A stretch of DNA of 64,000 nt, taken from the NCBI GenBank assembly GCA_046761045.1, contig JBHIFJ010000001.1, forward strand, positions 11,795 through 75,794, in the 5' to 3' direction. A model generated the notes under the pieces. The model searched no databases. It was not told where the DNA came from and saw only the letters and a program-made list of their open reading frames with translations. Positions within the stretch are counted from its first letter, which is position 1, and the number at the start of each line of letters is the position of its first letter. Position numbers and translations under genes: made by a program. Origin of the DNA: Thermoplasmata archaeon (GTDB lineage: Archaea; Thermoplasmatota; Thermoplasmata; RBG-16-68-12; JAGMCJ01). Positions 29,803-38,661 of the stretch are shown here, piece by piece.

Positions 29803-30671
29803 TTTATCACACCCTTCGCTTTGAGCATCTCCCTTTCGAGCTCGCAGTAGGTGGGTCGCTCTATGTCTACAAAATCGCCCACGACAATGGGCTCCCCTCC
29901 TCTCATATGAAGCACAAGCTCGTCCCAAGAGGCATCGTTCTTTATCACGGACTTCTCCCTGTAGTAGCGCAGTTCCTGAAGCCCTTCTCCGAGCTTGTTT
30001 GGTCTTCCGAAGCCTGTGGGGCATGGGGAAATAATCTCGATGAACGTGAACCCCTTCTTCTTGAGCGCTTTCTCCATGGACTTCTCAAGCTGGCGGCAGT
30101 GCAAAGTTGTCCATCGTGAGACATAGACCGCTCCCACAGCAGCCGCCAGGTACGGAAGATTGAATGGATGCTCAAAGTTCCCGTAGCGGGTCGTCGTGGT
30201 CTTCGCTTCCACTGGTGTCGTTGGACCCTGCTGACCGCCGGTCATGCCATAGTTGAAGTTGTTTACACAGATTACATTGATGTCGATGTTGCGCCTGGCG
30301 GCGTGAAGGAAGTGGTTTCCCCCTATTGCGAAAAGGTCGCCATCGCCGCTGAATACAGTGATGCAGAGTTCGGGGTTGGCAATCTTGAGCCCAGTTGCGA
30401 ATGGGATGGGCCTACCGTGAGTGGTGTGATATGAGTCGATCTTGACATATCCCGCGATCCTTCCTGTACACCCGATTCCAGATAGGAGCACCTGCCCCTC
30501 AATGGGAATGTCGACCCTTTCCAACGCCTGCGCATAGCAGGTCATCGCAGATCCAAGGCCACAGCCCGAGCACCATATGTGAGGAAGCCGGTCCCGTCTC
30601 AAAATGTGGTCGAGCGGATGCTCCTCTCCAACTTCGATCCTAGTACCATCAGGCGCTTCTCGAACGCTCAA
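29799..30671 (-). CDS. korB: 2-oxoacid:ferredoxin oxidoreductase beta subunit
   Basis: WCSGCG, SGIGC, HGR, GDGD...GGNH, YGMTGGQ and SPCPT motifs. Confidence 0.94.
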   Translation of the reverse strand: MSVREAPDGTRIEVGEEHPLDHILRRDRLPHIWCSGCGLGSAMTCYAQALERVDIPIEGQVLLSGIGCTGRIAGYVKIDSYHTTHGRPIPFATGLKIANPELCITVFSGDGDLFAIGGNHFLHAARRNIDINVICVNNFNYGMTGGQQGPTTPVEAKTTTTRYGNFEHPFNLPYLAAAVGAVYVSRWTTLHCRQLEKSMEKALKKKGFTFIEIISPCPTGFGRPNKLGEGLQELRYYREKSVIKNDASWDELVLHMRGGEPIVVGDFVDIERPTYCELEREMLKAKGVIK

Positions 30672-31804
30672 GTTGCCACCTCCCTTATCTTGTGAAGAAT
30701 GGCCTCCGGGGACATCATGCCTCCACCTGGGTGAGTGACGCTGAGGACCCTCCCACTTGCGAACCTCTCGACCTCCCTGGAAATCTGTCCCATGTTTATT
30801 TCTGGGACAAGGAACGCCTTGGCGCTCTCGGCCAGCTCTCTTATCCTCGCCTCGGGGAAGGGCCAAGCCGTGATTAGTCGAAGGAGACCCGCCCTCATTC
30901 CCTCCTCTCTCGCGAAATTCACCGCCCTGCCAGCAGATCTTGAAGCAGCTCCATAGGAAACGACAATGATGTCAGCATCCTCCGTCTGGCTCTCCTCGAA
31001 TTCCCATATGTCCGGCGCGTGTTCTCTTATCTTTCTAATAAGGCGTGTCACCATCTCGTGCTGGACCTCTTCGTTTATTGCAGGATAGCCACGGATGTCA
31101 TGGGTCAAACCGGTGACGTGTATCCCATATCCCTCTCCAGCGATCGCCATTGGCGGAATGAGGTCCTCATCGGGTTCGTAGGGCAAGAAGTCCTTCTTGT
31201 GTGTTGGCCTCTTTCGGGACGCGATTTCTATCTCCTCGGGCTCGGGAATGACGACCCTCTCCACCATGTGTCCGATTATCTCGTCCGCCATTACGAGGAC
31301 TGGCTGGCGGAACTTCTCGGATGTGTTGAAGGCTCTAATCGTAAGGTCAAACATCTCCTGGCACGAGTTAGGAACGTAGGCAATGGCTTCGTAGTCACCG
31401 TGGGAACCCCACCGTGCCTGCATCATGTCTGCTTGTCCTACCAGAGTGGGCAATCCCGTTGACGGTCCTCCTCTCTGGACGTTGACTATGACACACGGCG
31501 TCTCCGTCACTATCCCGAGTCCGATGTTCTCCTGCATGAGGCTGAATCCGGGTCCAGAGGTTGCCGTCATTGCCTTAACCCCAGCGCATGAGGCGCCGAG
31601 GACGGCGGCGAGGCTTCCGATTTCATCTTCCATCTGAATATAGTGACCGCCAACCTGTGGCAGCCGCAAGGCCATCCTCTCGGCAGTCTCTGTCGCAGGC
31701 GTAATGGGATAGCCCGCAAAGAACCTGCAACCGGCTGCTAGAGCTCCCTCCGCGGCAGCGATATCGCCCATCATGAAATGCCTGCCAGTCAGCACCGGCT
31801 TCAT
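30668..31804 (-). CDS. korA: 2-oxoacid:ferredoxin oxidoreductase alpha subunit
   Basis: [28 protein letters not shown] and [10 protein letters not shown] motifs. Confidence 0.95.
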   Translation of the reverse strand: MKPVLTGRHFMMGDIAAAEGALAAGCRFFAGYPITPATETAERMALRLPQVGGHYIQMEDEIGSLAAVLGASCAGVKAMTATSGPGFSLMQENIGLGIVTETPCVIVNVQRGGPSTGLPTLVGQADMMQARWGSHGDYEAIAYVPNSCQEMFDLTIRAFNTSEKFRQPVLVMADEIIGHMVERVVIPEPEEIEIASRKRPTHKKDFLPYEPDEDLIPPMAIAGEGYGIHVTGLTHDIRGYPAINEEVQHEMVTRLIRKIREHAPDIWEFEESQTEDADIIVVSYGAASRSAGRAVNFAREEGMRAGLLRLITAWPFPEARIRELAESAKAFLVPEINMGQISREVERFASGRVLSVTHPGGGMMSPEAILHKIREVAT

Positions 31805-32073
31805 TCCTCCTCCTCCGTGTATATCGCGAACTCGGGGCATACTAGCATGCAGAAATTGCAGTTTATGCAGCCATCCTCCTTCCCGTCCTTTATCATTGGT
31901 GGGTGATATCCCTTCCTGTTGATCTCCCTGGACTGCTCCAGAATGCCTTTCGGACAAAACTCGATGCAGAACCCGCACCCCTTGCACCTGTCTGGGATTA
32001 AGTATACTCGCCCTTTCGGCGTCTTGACCTTGTTCCTGTCAAGCGGGGTGCGCCAGTATTTCACGAACACCAT
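31801..32073 (-). CDS. korD: 2-oxoacid:ferredoxin oxidoreductase delta (ferredoxin) subunit
   Basis: [12 protein letters not shown] and [16 protein letters not shown] motifs; GGAGG RBS. Confidence 0.93.
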   Translation of the reverse strand: MVFVKYWRTPLDRNKVKTPKGRVYLIPDRCKGCGFCIEFCPKGILEQSREINRKGYHPPMIKDGKEDGCINCNFCMLVCPEFAIYTEEEE

Positions 32074-32185
32074 CCTCCGTGACTGTTACGCCTTCGGTCC
32101 GCACGAGGTCCTGAAGTTTCACTTCTGTCCCCTTGCGAAAAGAAAGTACTGGATGGGTTGTGGAACAGACATTCATTATAGGACC

Positions 32186-32205
32186 TCGTCTCCAAAAGGA
32201 GACGA
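32186..32205. promoter_or_regulatory. Perfect inverted repeat TCGTCTCC-AAAA-GGAGACGA in the divergent kor-hdr/regulator promoter region
   Basis: 8-bp arms with a 4-bp spacer, near a TATA-like TATATAAG at about 32227-32234. Confidence 0.45.
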
Positions 32206-32367
32206 CTCGAATTACATTTCAAGAAGTATATAAGCCTTATTTGGTCATTCATGTGAAGCCATTGGATTTCTCGTGATATGGGAACGAATGGCGTTGCCTG
32301 CTTTCCCGAATGACGAATTGCGCAATCCTGATAGGAAATATCGGGATTTCAAAAGCAAACCTTTTTC

Positions 32368-33456
32368 TTGAACTCCTTCATACTGACAAGCGTGCGGAGA
32401 GGCGTGCTTTCAGACAACGAGAAGCGGGTGCTTCACGGCCTGGTTCGCCATACAAATCTGAACGATCGCGAGCTGAGCAGCGTGCTCGACATGAAGCACT
32501 CCACGGTGACGACAATCAAGCACAGACTGGCGAAGAACGGCTACTTCACCAGGAAGAGAGTCCCATTCCTTCAGAATCTCGGATGCGAAATGCTCGGCGT
32601 CACCTATGCGGATTTCAACCCAGCTGTGTCTGCTGAGGCGAGGGTTGAAAAGGCGAGGGAGAAGATTGAGATCTACGACGAACTCTTCTATTCAGTCGGG
32701 GAGACGAACAACGGGTTCTCGCTGAGTTTCTCGAGGAACTACACCAATATCGAGAAGATAGGAGATATCAGGACGCAACTCTTCGCCGAGCTTGGGTTGC
32801 TGGAAGGCAACTTCCCAACACAGGTGGTCTTTCCCTTTGAAACGAGTGAAATACTCAGGTTTCTCGACTATTCGAAATTGCTCGCCCATGACTTCGAAAT
32901 CGAAGAGGATGAGAAGGAAGAGGAGAGGCAATTCGTGAAAGGGGACCCAGTCACATTGAAGAAGCGAGAAAGAATCGCTCTGTATGCCCTTGTGAAGTTC
33001 CCTAACGCAAGAGATGTGCTCGTGGCCGAGAGAACGGGTCTCTCAAGGCATACAATCTCCAACCTCAGGCGGAAACTGGAAGAGCGAGGGCTAATGAGGA
33101 CGATAGTGATACCAGATCTTGGCAAGCTGGGGTTTGAGATTCTCTGCTTCACTCACACGAGACTCAGTCCGAAGACGCCTTTTGATCCAGAGAGCATTGA
33201 CATGAGCTTCCTGAATACCGATTCGGTGATATTCCTGGCGGCCAAGAGATTCGAGAACATCATGCTCTCCATCTATCGGACCTATGAGGATTTCAAGGTG
33301 GAGAATTCGACCCTCGTGCGCTATTTCAAGGAGAACGACATGATTGCAGATATGCCCCTAGTTCGACTCTATAGCATTAGGCGTATGATAACCATCAAGA
33401 ACCTCGTCTTCGGACCCTTCGTCAAGCAGTTACTCGGCCTGAACGTGGACTTCTAG
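32368..33456 (+). CDS. Tandem HTH (Lrp/AsnC-like duplicated) transcriptional regulator
   Basis: Two HTH modules (NDRELSSVLDMKHSTVTTIKHRL; DVLVAERTGLSRHTISNLRRKLEERG), each followed by P.L..LG; start uncertain (32368, 32392 or 32404). Confidence 0.8.
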   Translation: MNSFILTSVRRGVLSDNEKRVLHGLVRHTNLNDRELSSVLDMKHSTVTTIKHRLAKNGYFTRKRVPFLQNLGCEMLGVTYADFNPAVSAEARVEKAREKIEIYDELFYSVGETNNGFSLSFSRNYTNIEKIGDIRTQLFAELGLLEGNFPTQVVFPFETSEILRFLDYSKLLAHDFEIEEDEKEEERQFVKGDPVTLKKRERIALYALVKFPNARDVLVAERTGLSRHTISNLRRKLEERGLMRTIVIPDLGKLGFEILCFTHTRLSPKTPFDPESIDMSFLNTDSVIFLAAKRFENIMLSIYRTYEDFKVENSTLVRYFKENDMIADMPLVRLYSIRRMITIKNLVFGPFVKQLLGLNVDF

Positions 33457-33719
33457 CTGCTAATCTCTCTTCTGAGTTCGAACACGACCGGGTTTCTCGC
33501 GTCTGGGCAGCAGACAACGGTCCTGTCTGGATCATCCTCCCATGGGAATGAGCCGCCAAATTGCAGAACTCTCACAGCGGGGAAGATTGAATGCATCGCG
33601 CTTGCGCATACCTTCTCTCTGTCATCTGGATAAATGAACTCGTCGCCCACGGAATGCCCAAGGGGGCATTCACCCTTTTCAAGGATTCCTACGATTCTCA
33701 TCCTGACCTTTGAACTCAC
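33453..33719 (-). CDS. TIGR04076 family small Cys protein
   Basis: CPLGH.VGD.F, VCASA and CCPDARNPVVFEL motifs. Confidence 0.85.
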   Translation of the reverse strand: MSSKVRMRIVGILEKGECPLGHSVGDEFIYPDDREKVCASAMHSIFPAVRVLQFGGSFPWEDDPDRTVVCCPDARNPVVFELRREISS

Positions 33720-33788
33720 GAAATCACCTCCTATGATGAGACCCAGTCGAGCTGGCAGTTGACAGTTTCGTGGAAGATGCAGAAGGGC

Positions 33789-34310
33789 CTATCCCTCGAG
33801 TATGGGAACGTATCCGTACCAGTCTCCTTCGGTCTCAAGATAGCTGAGATTCTCCTCAAGCAGCTTTCGATGGGACTCCTCGAAGCGAGACAGTTTCTCG
33901 AATAGCTCCTTGGCAGACCCCACACTCGTCATCATTCCACATGCAGAGTAGAACTCTATCGACCTCTTCTCTATTTCGAGTGCGAACTTCGTCGCCTCAA
34001 TCGAATCCATGCTTTTGGTTATCTCGTCCTTCTTCGAGAAGACCACCCTGGGGTTTGGCAGATCGATGTTCAGACTCTCATCTGTCATCTTGCCCTCGCT
34101 GATTTCCTTCCCAAGGTTGTCGTGCTCTGCCTTGAGCCATTCCCTATGGTCTACTTCCTGATTCGCAAGGAACTCAAATAGAGCCTTGCCTTTCTCGCTC
34201 TCGACAAACTCGCGGACTTCCCTGTAGAGGCTGTAGCCATACTCCTCCAGTTCCATGGCCGTCCTCAGCGCGTCGAGAAGAGTGGATTCACTGCCCTTTT
34301 TGGCATCCAT
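33789..34310 (-). CDS. Ferritin-like (rubrerythrin-domain) protein
   Basis: Two ExxH diiron motifs (EVDH, EESH) preceded by A..LE...Y and A..IE...Y helices. Confidence 0.88.
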   Translation of the reverse strand: MDAKKGSESTLLDALRTAMELEEYGYSLYREVREFVESEKGKALFEFLANQEVDHREWLKAEHDNLGKEISEGKMTDESLNIDLPNPRVVFSKKDEITKSMDSIEATKFALEIEKRSIEFYSACGMMTSVGSAKELFEKLSRFEESHRKLLEENLSYLETEGDWYGYVPILEG

Positions 34311-34461
34311 GATACGACCCCCTTGCCTCATTGCCGTGCTCATAGATAAGGATGTTGTGGAACGAAGCAAGCCCGCCAGCCCTTCATTCATAACGTTGAT
34401 ATAGAACGAACTGCATAATGTCATACACTGAATCGAACCAGACAGTTAGGAGGAGGCGGAA

Positions 34462-37197
34462 ATGGGAAGACGGTTTGCTAGTCTGTGGGCAGTAATTGTG
34501 GTTGCGTTGTTCGTCGGCTCAGCCTTTGTTGGTTTCAGCTATATTTCTGAGACCTCCGGGTCCAAGGAAACAACTACCCCTGCTATCGGATGTCGGGGCG
34601 GATCAAGCCCCAGGAAGGTGTTGTTGGAGAAGTTCACAGCCGATTGGTGTCCTCCGTGTGTTTCGCAAGGACACACGATCAAGAGGCTGGAACATGAGTT
34701 TGGCCATGAGAACCTTGTGGTTCTGGTCTACCACACTTCTTCTTCCGATCAGTTCTATGTCACGGATATCTCCACTCGCCCTGGATTCTACGCTGATTCA
34801 GGCTACTATTTCCCGACTGTAATCATCGACGGAGGTGGTCCCTATACTGGGGACAGCAACACGCCCTCGCCGAATGGAGCTGAGCTGTGGGACATTGGCG
34901 GTTCCGTTTCAAACAGATACAACAACTACAACAACGACAGGGGAATGATCGAACAGGAACTCCCGCCCTCGGAAATGAGCAACATCACGATAGAATTGTC
35001 AGGCAACATCACGGGAGACACAGGATACGTGCACGCCCGAATCACGGCCACAGATCCAATCACCGAAACCAACCTAAAGGTCAGATTCATGGTCTATCAG
35101 AACCACAACTATCACAGAGACAGCAATACAGCAGAGAACGCAGCGGGGCACAAGAGGGTGTACGACAGAATCGTGCGCAAGGTTCTGAATGAGGAGAGCC
35201 TTCCTCCAAGCTTCAACATGGGCGATTCAGTGGAGTATCACAAGACCTTCCAGGTGGGTCCATGGAACGGGACATTGCCCGATAGTCACACTCAACCCGA
35301 CAAGAGAAATCTCGGGGTTGCAGTCTTTGTCCAGACGGACAACAGAAATATGTGGCATCACAGTGCCTATGGTAAGGATTTCTACAACGCCCCTGTTCTG
35401 CAGGCCGAGGCATACGACTTTGTCGAGAGCACCGTTCTCCTGGTCAATGGGGACAACACTGATACTCTTGACAATGGCTTTGAGAGATTCGAGGATGTGA
35501 TGGCGAAGGTCGGGGTCCCATACGACGTCTGGGATACCCTCGAACCCGGTGATTCCAATGTTCAGAATCTGAGGACGATGCCAGGACTGGCGGATATCGG
35601 GAAGTACGGGGCACTCGTTTGGTTCACTGGGGAGGCGACATCCACACTGTCGATGACCGACAGGACAAACCTGCAAGCGTATCTGGGAGCCACTGGAAGC
35701 TTGTTCGTCACCGGTGAGGATATCGGCCAGGACGCCCAGAGCAACGGCTGGGCCGGATGGCTACTCACCAATCTCCATGCTAGCTTTGTAACTGACACTG
35801 TCATCTATACTACTGCCGAGGGAGTCCCCGCAGACCCGATTACAAATGGGCTCTCAGGTCTGAATGTGGTCGACTCTTCGCCGAGTCGCATTTCTCCGGG
35901 TTTGGGTGCATATGAGATCCTCCGATACACTGGGACCACGAATGTGGCGGGCATCAGGGCCACTCATGACGCCGATTCGCGGGTGGTCTACATTTCATTC
36001 GACTATTTCGAGGGAACCAACACCTATCCCTCCGATCCGAATGCGGAAGCAGTAATGGACAATACCGTCTACTGGCTTGATGGTGTGGCCCCTCCCACAG
36101 TCCAAATCAGCAAGCCTCAGGCCGGCGACCTAGTTCTTCGTGAGACATGGTACACCATCCAGTGGTCCGCACACGACGTCGATATCCCAGAGGACGGTGT
36201 CGACATCGAGTACAGCACGGACTCCGGCATGACCTGGAATGCCGTTACGTCAGCTGATGTGAACGATGGCGCCCACTACTGGTTTGTCCCTGCCGTCTCC
36301 TCCAGCAACTGCAAGGTTCGAGTCTGCGTGCGGGATTCCAATGGCCAGCAATCCTGTGACGAAACAGGACTCTTCAGGATTGGGACACCGAATCTCCCGC
36401 CCGAACCCCCCATGCTTACAGCCGCCTATCTCAGCGGCGGCTCTCAGGATGTGACTCTCGCTTGGGACAAGTCCGCCGATGATGGTGGGGGATTCAACGA
36501 TGTCGTAGAGTATGACATCTATGCGGCTCCCACTCTTGGGGGCCTCCAGACATACATCGGCAGTGAACCGGCGACGGGCGCTGCAAGCTACACCTGGACA
36601 TGCGTCGGATGCGGTGACGGCGACCCGAACCAGTACTTCTTCTATGTGTGGGCTGACGACGGCGAGGAGGTGACGGCCTCTTCTGTGGTTGCAGGGAAGT
36701 TCGTAAGACCTCTTGCGACTGGATGGAATCTGGTTTCGGTGCCACTAATACAGACAGATACATCTGCAAGCGTTGTCCTTCAGACGGTGAACTCAGGGAG
36801 GGCTGTCTATTACGATGCCGCTGATCAGGCCGACCATTGGAAGGACTACGACACCAACCAGTATGTCAATGACCTGGAGGGCATCGATAGAACCATGGGA
36901 TTCTGGCTGTACAGTCCCGCTCCCGACGATTTCGTTGTTGCGGGGATTGTCCCCGATTCCACTGACGTTTACCTGCAGATAGGATGGAACCTCGTCGGGT
37001 TCCCGTCCTTCAGCACAACCTACACGATCCAGGACATGATGTCAATCACTTCAGTCAATGAGGCGGAGGCATTTGATGCAGTGTCCACACCATATCTTCT
37101 CAAGGCAGTTTCGCCAGCGGGCGCCGACCAGATGGTCCCAGGGGATGGCTACTGGGTCTACGCGACCTCCGTGAGTACGTGGACAGTTCTACAGTAG
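34462..37197 (+). CDS. Secreted multidomain surface protein: thioredoxin/Omp28-like domain (WCPPC), alpha/beta domain, Ig/FN3-like domains, GWNLVS C-terminal domain
   Basis: Signal peptide; VLLEKFTADWCPPC and YFPTVIIDG; repeated GWNLV(S/G).P. Confidence 0.85.
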   Translation: MGRRFASLWAVIVVALFVGSAFVGFSYISETSGSKETTTPAIGCRGGSSPRKVLLEKFTADWCPPCVSQGHTIKRLEHEFGHENLVVLVYHTSSSDQFYVTDISTRPGFYADSGYYFPTVIIDGGGPYTGDSNTPSPNGAELWDIGGSVSNRYNNYNNDRGMIEQELPPSEMSNITIELSGNITGDTGYVHARITATDPITETNLKVRFMVYQNHNYHRDSNTAENAAGHKRVYDRIVRKVLNEESLPPSFNMGDSVEYHKTFQVGPWNGTLPDSHTQPDKRNLGVAVFVQTDNRNMWHHSAYGKDFYNAPVLQAEAYDFVESTVLLVNGDNTDTLDNGFERFEDVMAKVGVPYDVWDTLEPGDSNVQNLRTMPGLADIGKYGALVWFTGEATSTLSMTDRTNLQAYLGATGSLFVTGEDIGQDAQSNGWAGWLLTNLHASFVTDTVIYTTAEGVPADPITNGLSGLNVVDSSPSRISPGLGAYEILRYTGTTNVAGIRATHDADSRVVYISFDYFEGTNTYPSDPNAEAVMDNTVYWLDGVAPPTVQISKPQAGDLVLRETWYTIQWSAHDVDIPEDGVDIEYSTDSGMTWNAVTSADVNDGAHYWFVPAVSSSNCKVRVCVRDSNGQQSCDETGLFRIGTPNLPPEPPMLTAAYLSGGSQDVTLAWDKSADDGGGFNDVVEYDIYAAPTLGGLQTYIGSEPATGAASYTWTCVGCGDGDPNQYFFYVWADDGEEVTASSVVAGKFVRPLATGWNLVSVPLIQTDTSASVVLQTVNSGRAVYYDAADQADHWKDYDTNQYVNDLEGIDRTMGFWLYSPAPDDFVVAGIVPDSTDVYLQIGWNLVGFPSFSTTYTIQDMMSITSVNEAEAFDAVSTPYLLKAVSPAGADQMVPGDGYWVYATSVSTWTVLQ

Positions 37198-37216
37198 GGC
37201 CATTGAATGTCCTAGC

Positions 37217-38515
37217 TCATTCGGGAGGCGCTCTTCGGCTCCGTAGCGCAACGACTGCTATCACAAGAACCAACACAATGATCATGACGAGAATGATCCA
37301 AGCCATTGGATCCACTGGCGGATTCCACACGCTCGCGTTGAGAGGGTCGTAGTCCTCCTTGTCGTTGACACCGTCACCGTCCGTGTCCGGATTTCTTGGA
37401 TCCGTGCCCTTCTCATCCTCCTCCTCGTCAGTCAGGCCGTCATCATCATCATCGGTATCCGCGTTGTCACCTATCCCGTCATTATCGGTGTCATTCCACT
37501 CTGTGCTATTAAGCGGGAAGACATCAACGGAGTCGAGGTAGCTGTCGCCGTCCGTGTCAGGGTTCTTCGGGTCCGTCTGCAGCCCGGTTTCTTCGTCATC
37601 CAATAGACCGTCATCATCATCATCGGTATCCGCGTTGTCACCCGTTCCATCGTTGTCGGTGTCGATCCACTCGGTCTGGTTGAGGGGAAGGGCATCAGCC
37701 GAGTCATTGTAGCCATCACCATCCGTGTCAGGATTGATAGGACTCGTGCCTATTGTGGCCTCTTGTTCATCAGTGAGCCCGTCATTGTCATCGTCCTCAT
37801 CCAGGTAGTTGGGGGTCCCGTCATTGTCTGTGTCTATGTCCGCCACCTCGAGGGGGACAAGAGTGCTTCTTGTCATCGTCCTATTCACGACAGTTATGTT
37901 CAGAGTATACGGTCCGTGCTGGTCAGGTGCGGCTATGGCAAATGAAAAGCTGCCATCGTTCTTCGTGAAGGAGTCCCAATTCTCTCCCGTTTCAATGACC
38001 TCAAGGGTGACTGCCGACCCTTCTGCAGGCGCACTGACGTTGGCATCATAGATTGCTGTTCCGTTGACCCAGACAGGGTCGTTGACCACTGGGAAAGCGG
38101 GGTCGGGAGCCGCCGAGACATTTATCCAGTGCACCACAGGGAAGTACAGCTTGTCAGTGCTGTTGATGTTTGACTGTTCGTCCCACGCCTCAATCCTGAC
38201 ATCGCCCCAAGTGCTCCCTGGAATGACACTGTACTGTGCGCCGTAGGTGGAGTCTCCATCTGGGTCCAGCATGCTCACACTGTCGCAAAGCCCTCCAGAC
38301 CAACAGATGTATGCGTCAACATTCGTGATGTTGTCCTGATCAGTGACGGTCGCGTTAAACGTCATGGTCTCGCCCTCCATAGGATACTCCGGTGTCCATG
38401 TGACGTTCGAAATCTCCGGAGCGTAGCTGTCTGCCCGTGCGGCTGGGTATGACGAAGCTATCGCGACCGACGTCAAGACCATGAAACCCAGGATTATTGT
38501 CAGAATGCCTTTCAT
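37217..38515 (-). CDS. Membrane-anchored surface protein with thrombospondin type-3-like Ca-binding repeats
   Basis: Signal peptide, Ig-like domains, D(T/S)DxDG repeats, C-terminal TM followed by RSRR. Confidence 0.88.
   Translation of the reverse strand: MKGILTIILGFMVLTSVAIASSYPAARADSYAPEISNVTWTPEYPMEGETMTFNATVTDQDNITNVDAYICWSGGLCDSVSMLDPDGDSTYGAQYSVIPGSTWGDVRIEAWDEQSNINSTDKLYFPVVHWINVSAAPDPAFPVVNDPVWVNGTAIYDANVSAPAEGSAVTLEVIETGENWDSFTKNDGSFSFAIAAPDQHGPYTLNITVVNRTMTRSTLVPLEVADIDTDNDGTPNYLDEDDDNDGLTDEQEATIGTSPINPDTDGDGYNDSADALPLNQTEWIDTDNDGTGDNADTDDDDDGLLDDEETGLQTDPKNPDTDGDSYLDSVDVFPLNSTEWNDTDNDGIGDNADTDDDDDGLTDEEEDEKGTDPRNPDTDGDGVNDKEDYDPLNASVWNPPVDPMAWIILVMIIVLVLVIAVVALRSRRAPPE
37437..37642. 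repeat. Exact 35-bp direct repeat (37437-37471 and 37608-37642), 171-bp period
   Basis: CCGTCATCATCATCATCGGTATCCGCGTTGTCACC occurs twice; matches the 57-aa Ca-binding repeat unit. Confidence 0.9.
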
Positions 38516-38594
38516 TGTTATCGACAGTTAATTTCCCGCTGCGGATTTAACCTTTGCCCAAATGCGTGGGCAACCTGACGACTGACAAATCCTT

Positions 38595-38640
38595 AAAAAA
38601 GGAGAGAGATAGCGTAGCTTCCGCTACCCCTTTCAGGAGT
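38595..38640 (-). terminator. Putative terminator downstream of the cytochrome gene (hairpin plus T-tract)
   Basis: Minus strand reads GGTAGCG-GAAGCTA-CGCTATC followed by a CTCTCC and T-run. Confidence 0.4.
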
Positions 38641-38661
38641 TCGAGAGGCAAGATCGCACGT

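Noticed and set aside
37380..37830. CRISPR-like repeat array
   Set aside because: The repeats are in-frame coding units of the Ca-binding protein; there is no repeat-spacer structure and no cas gene.
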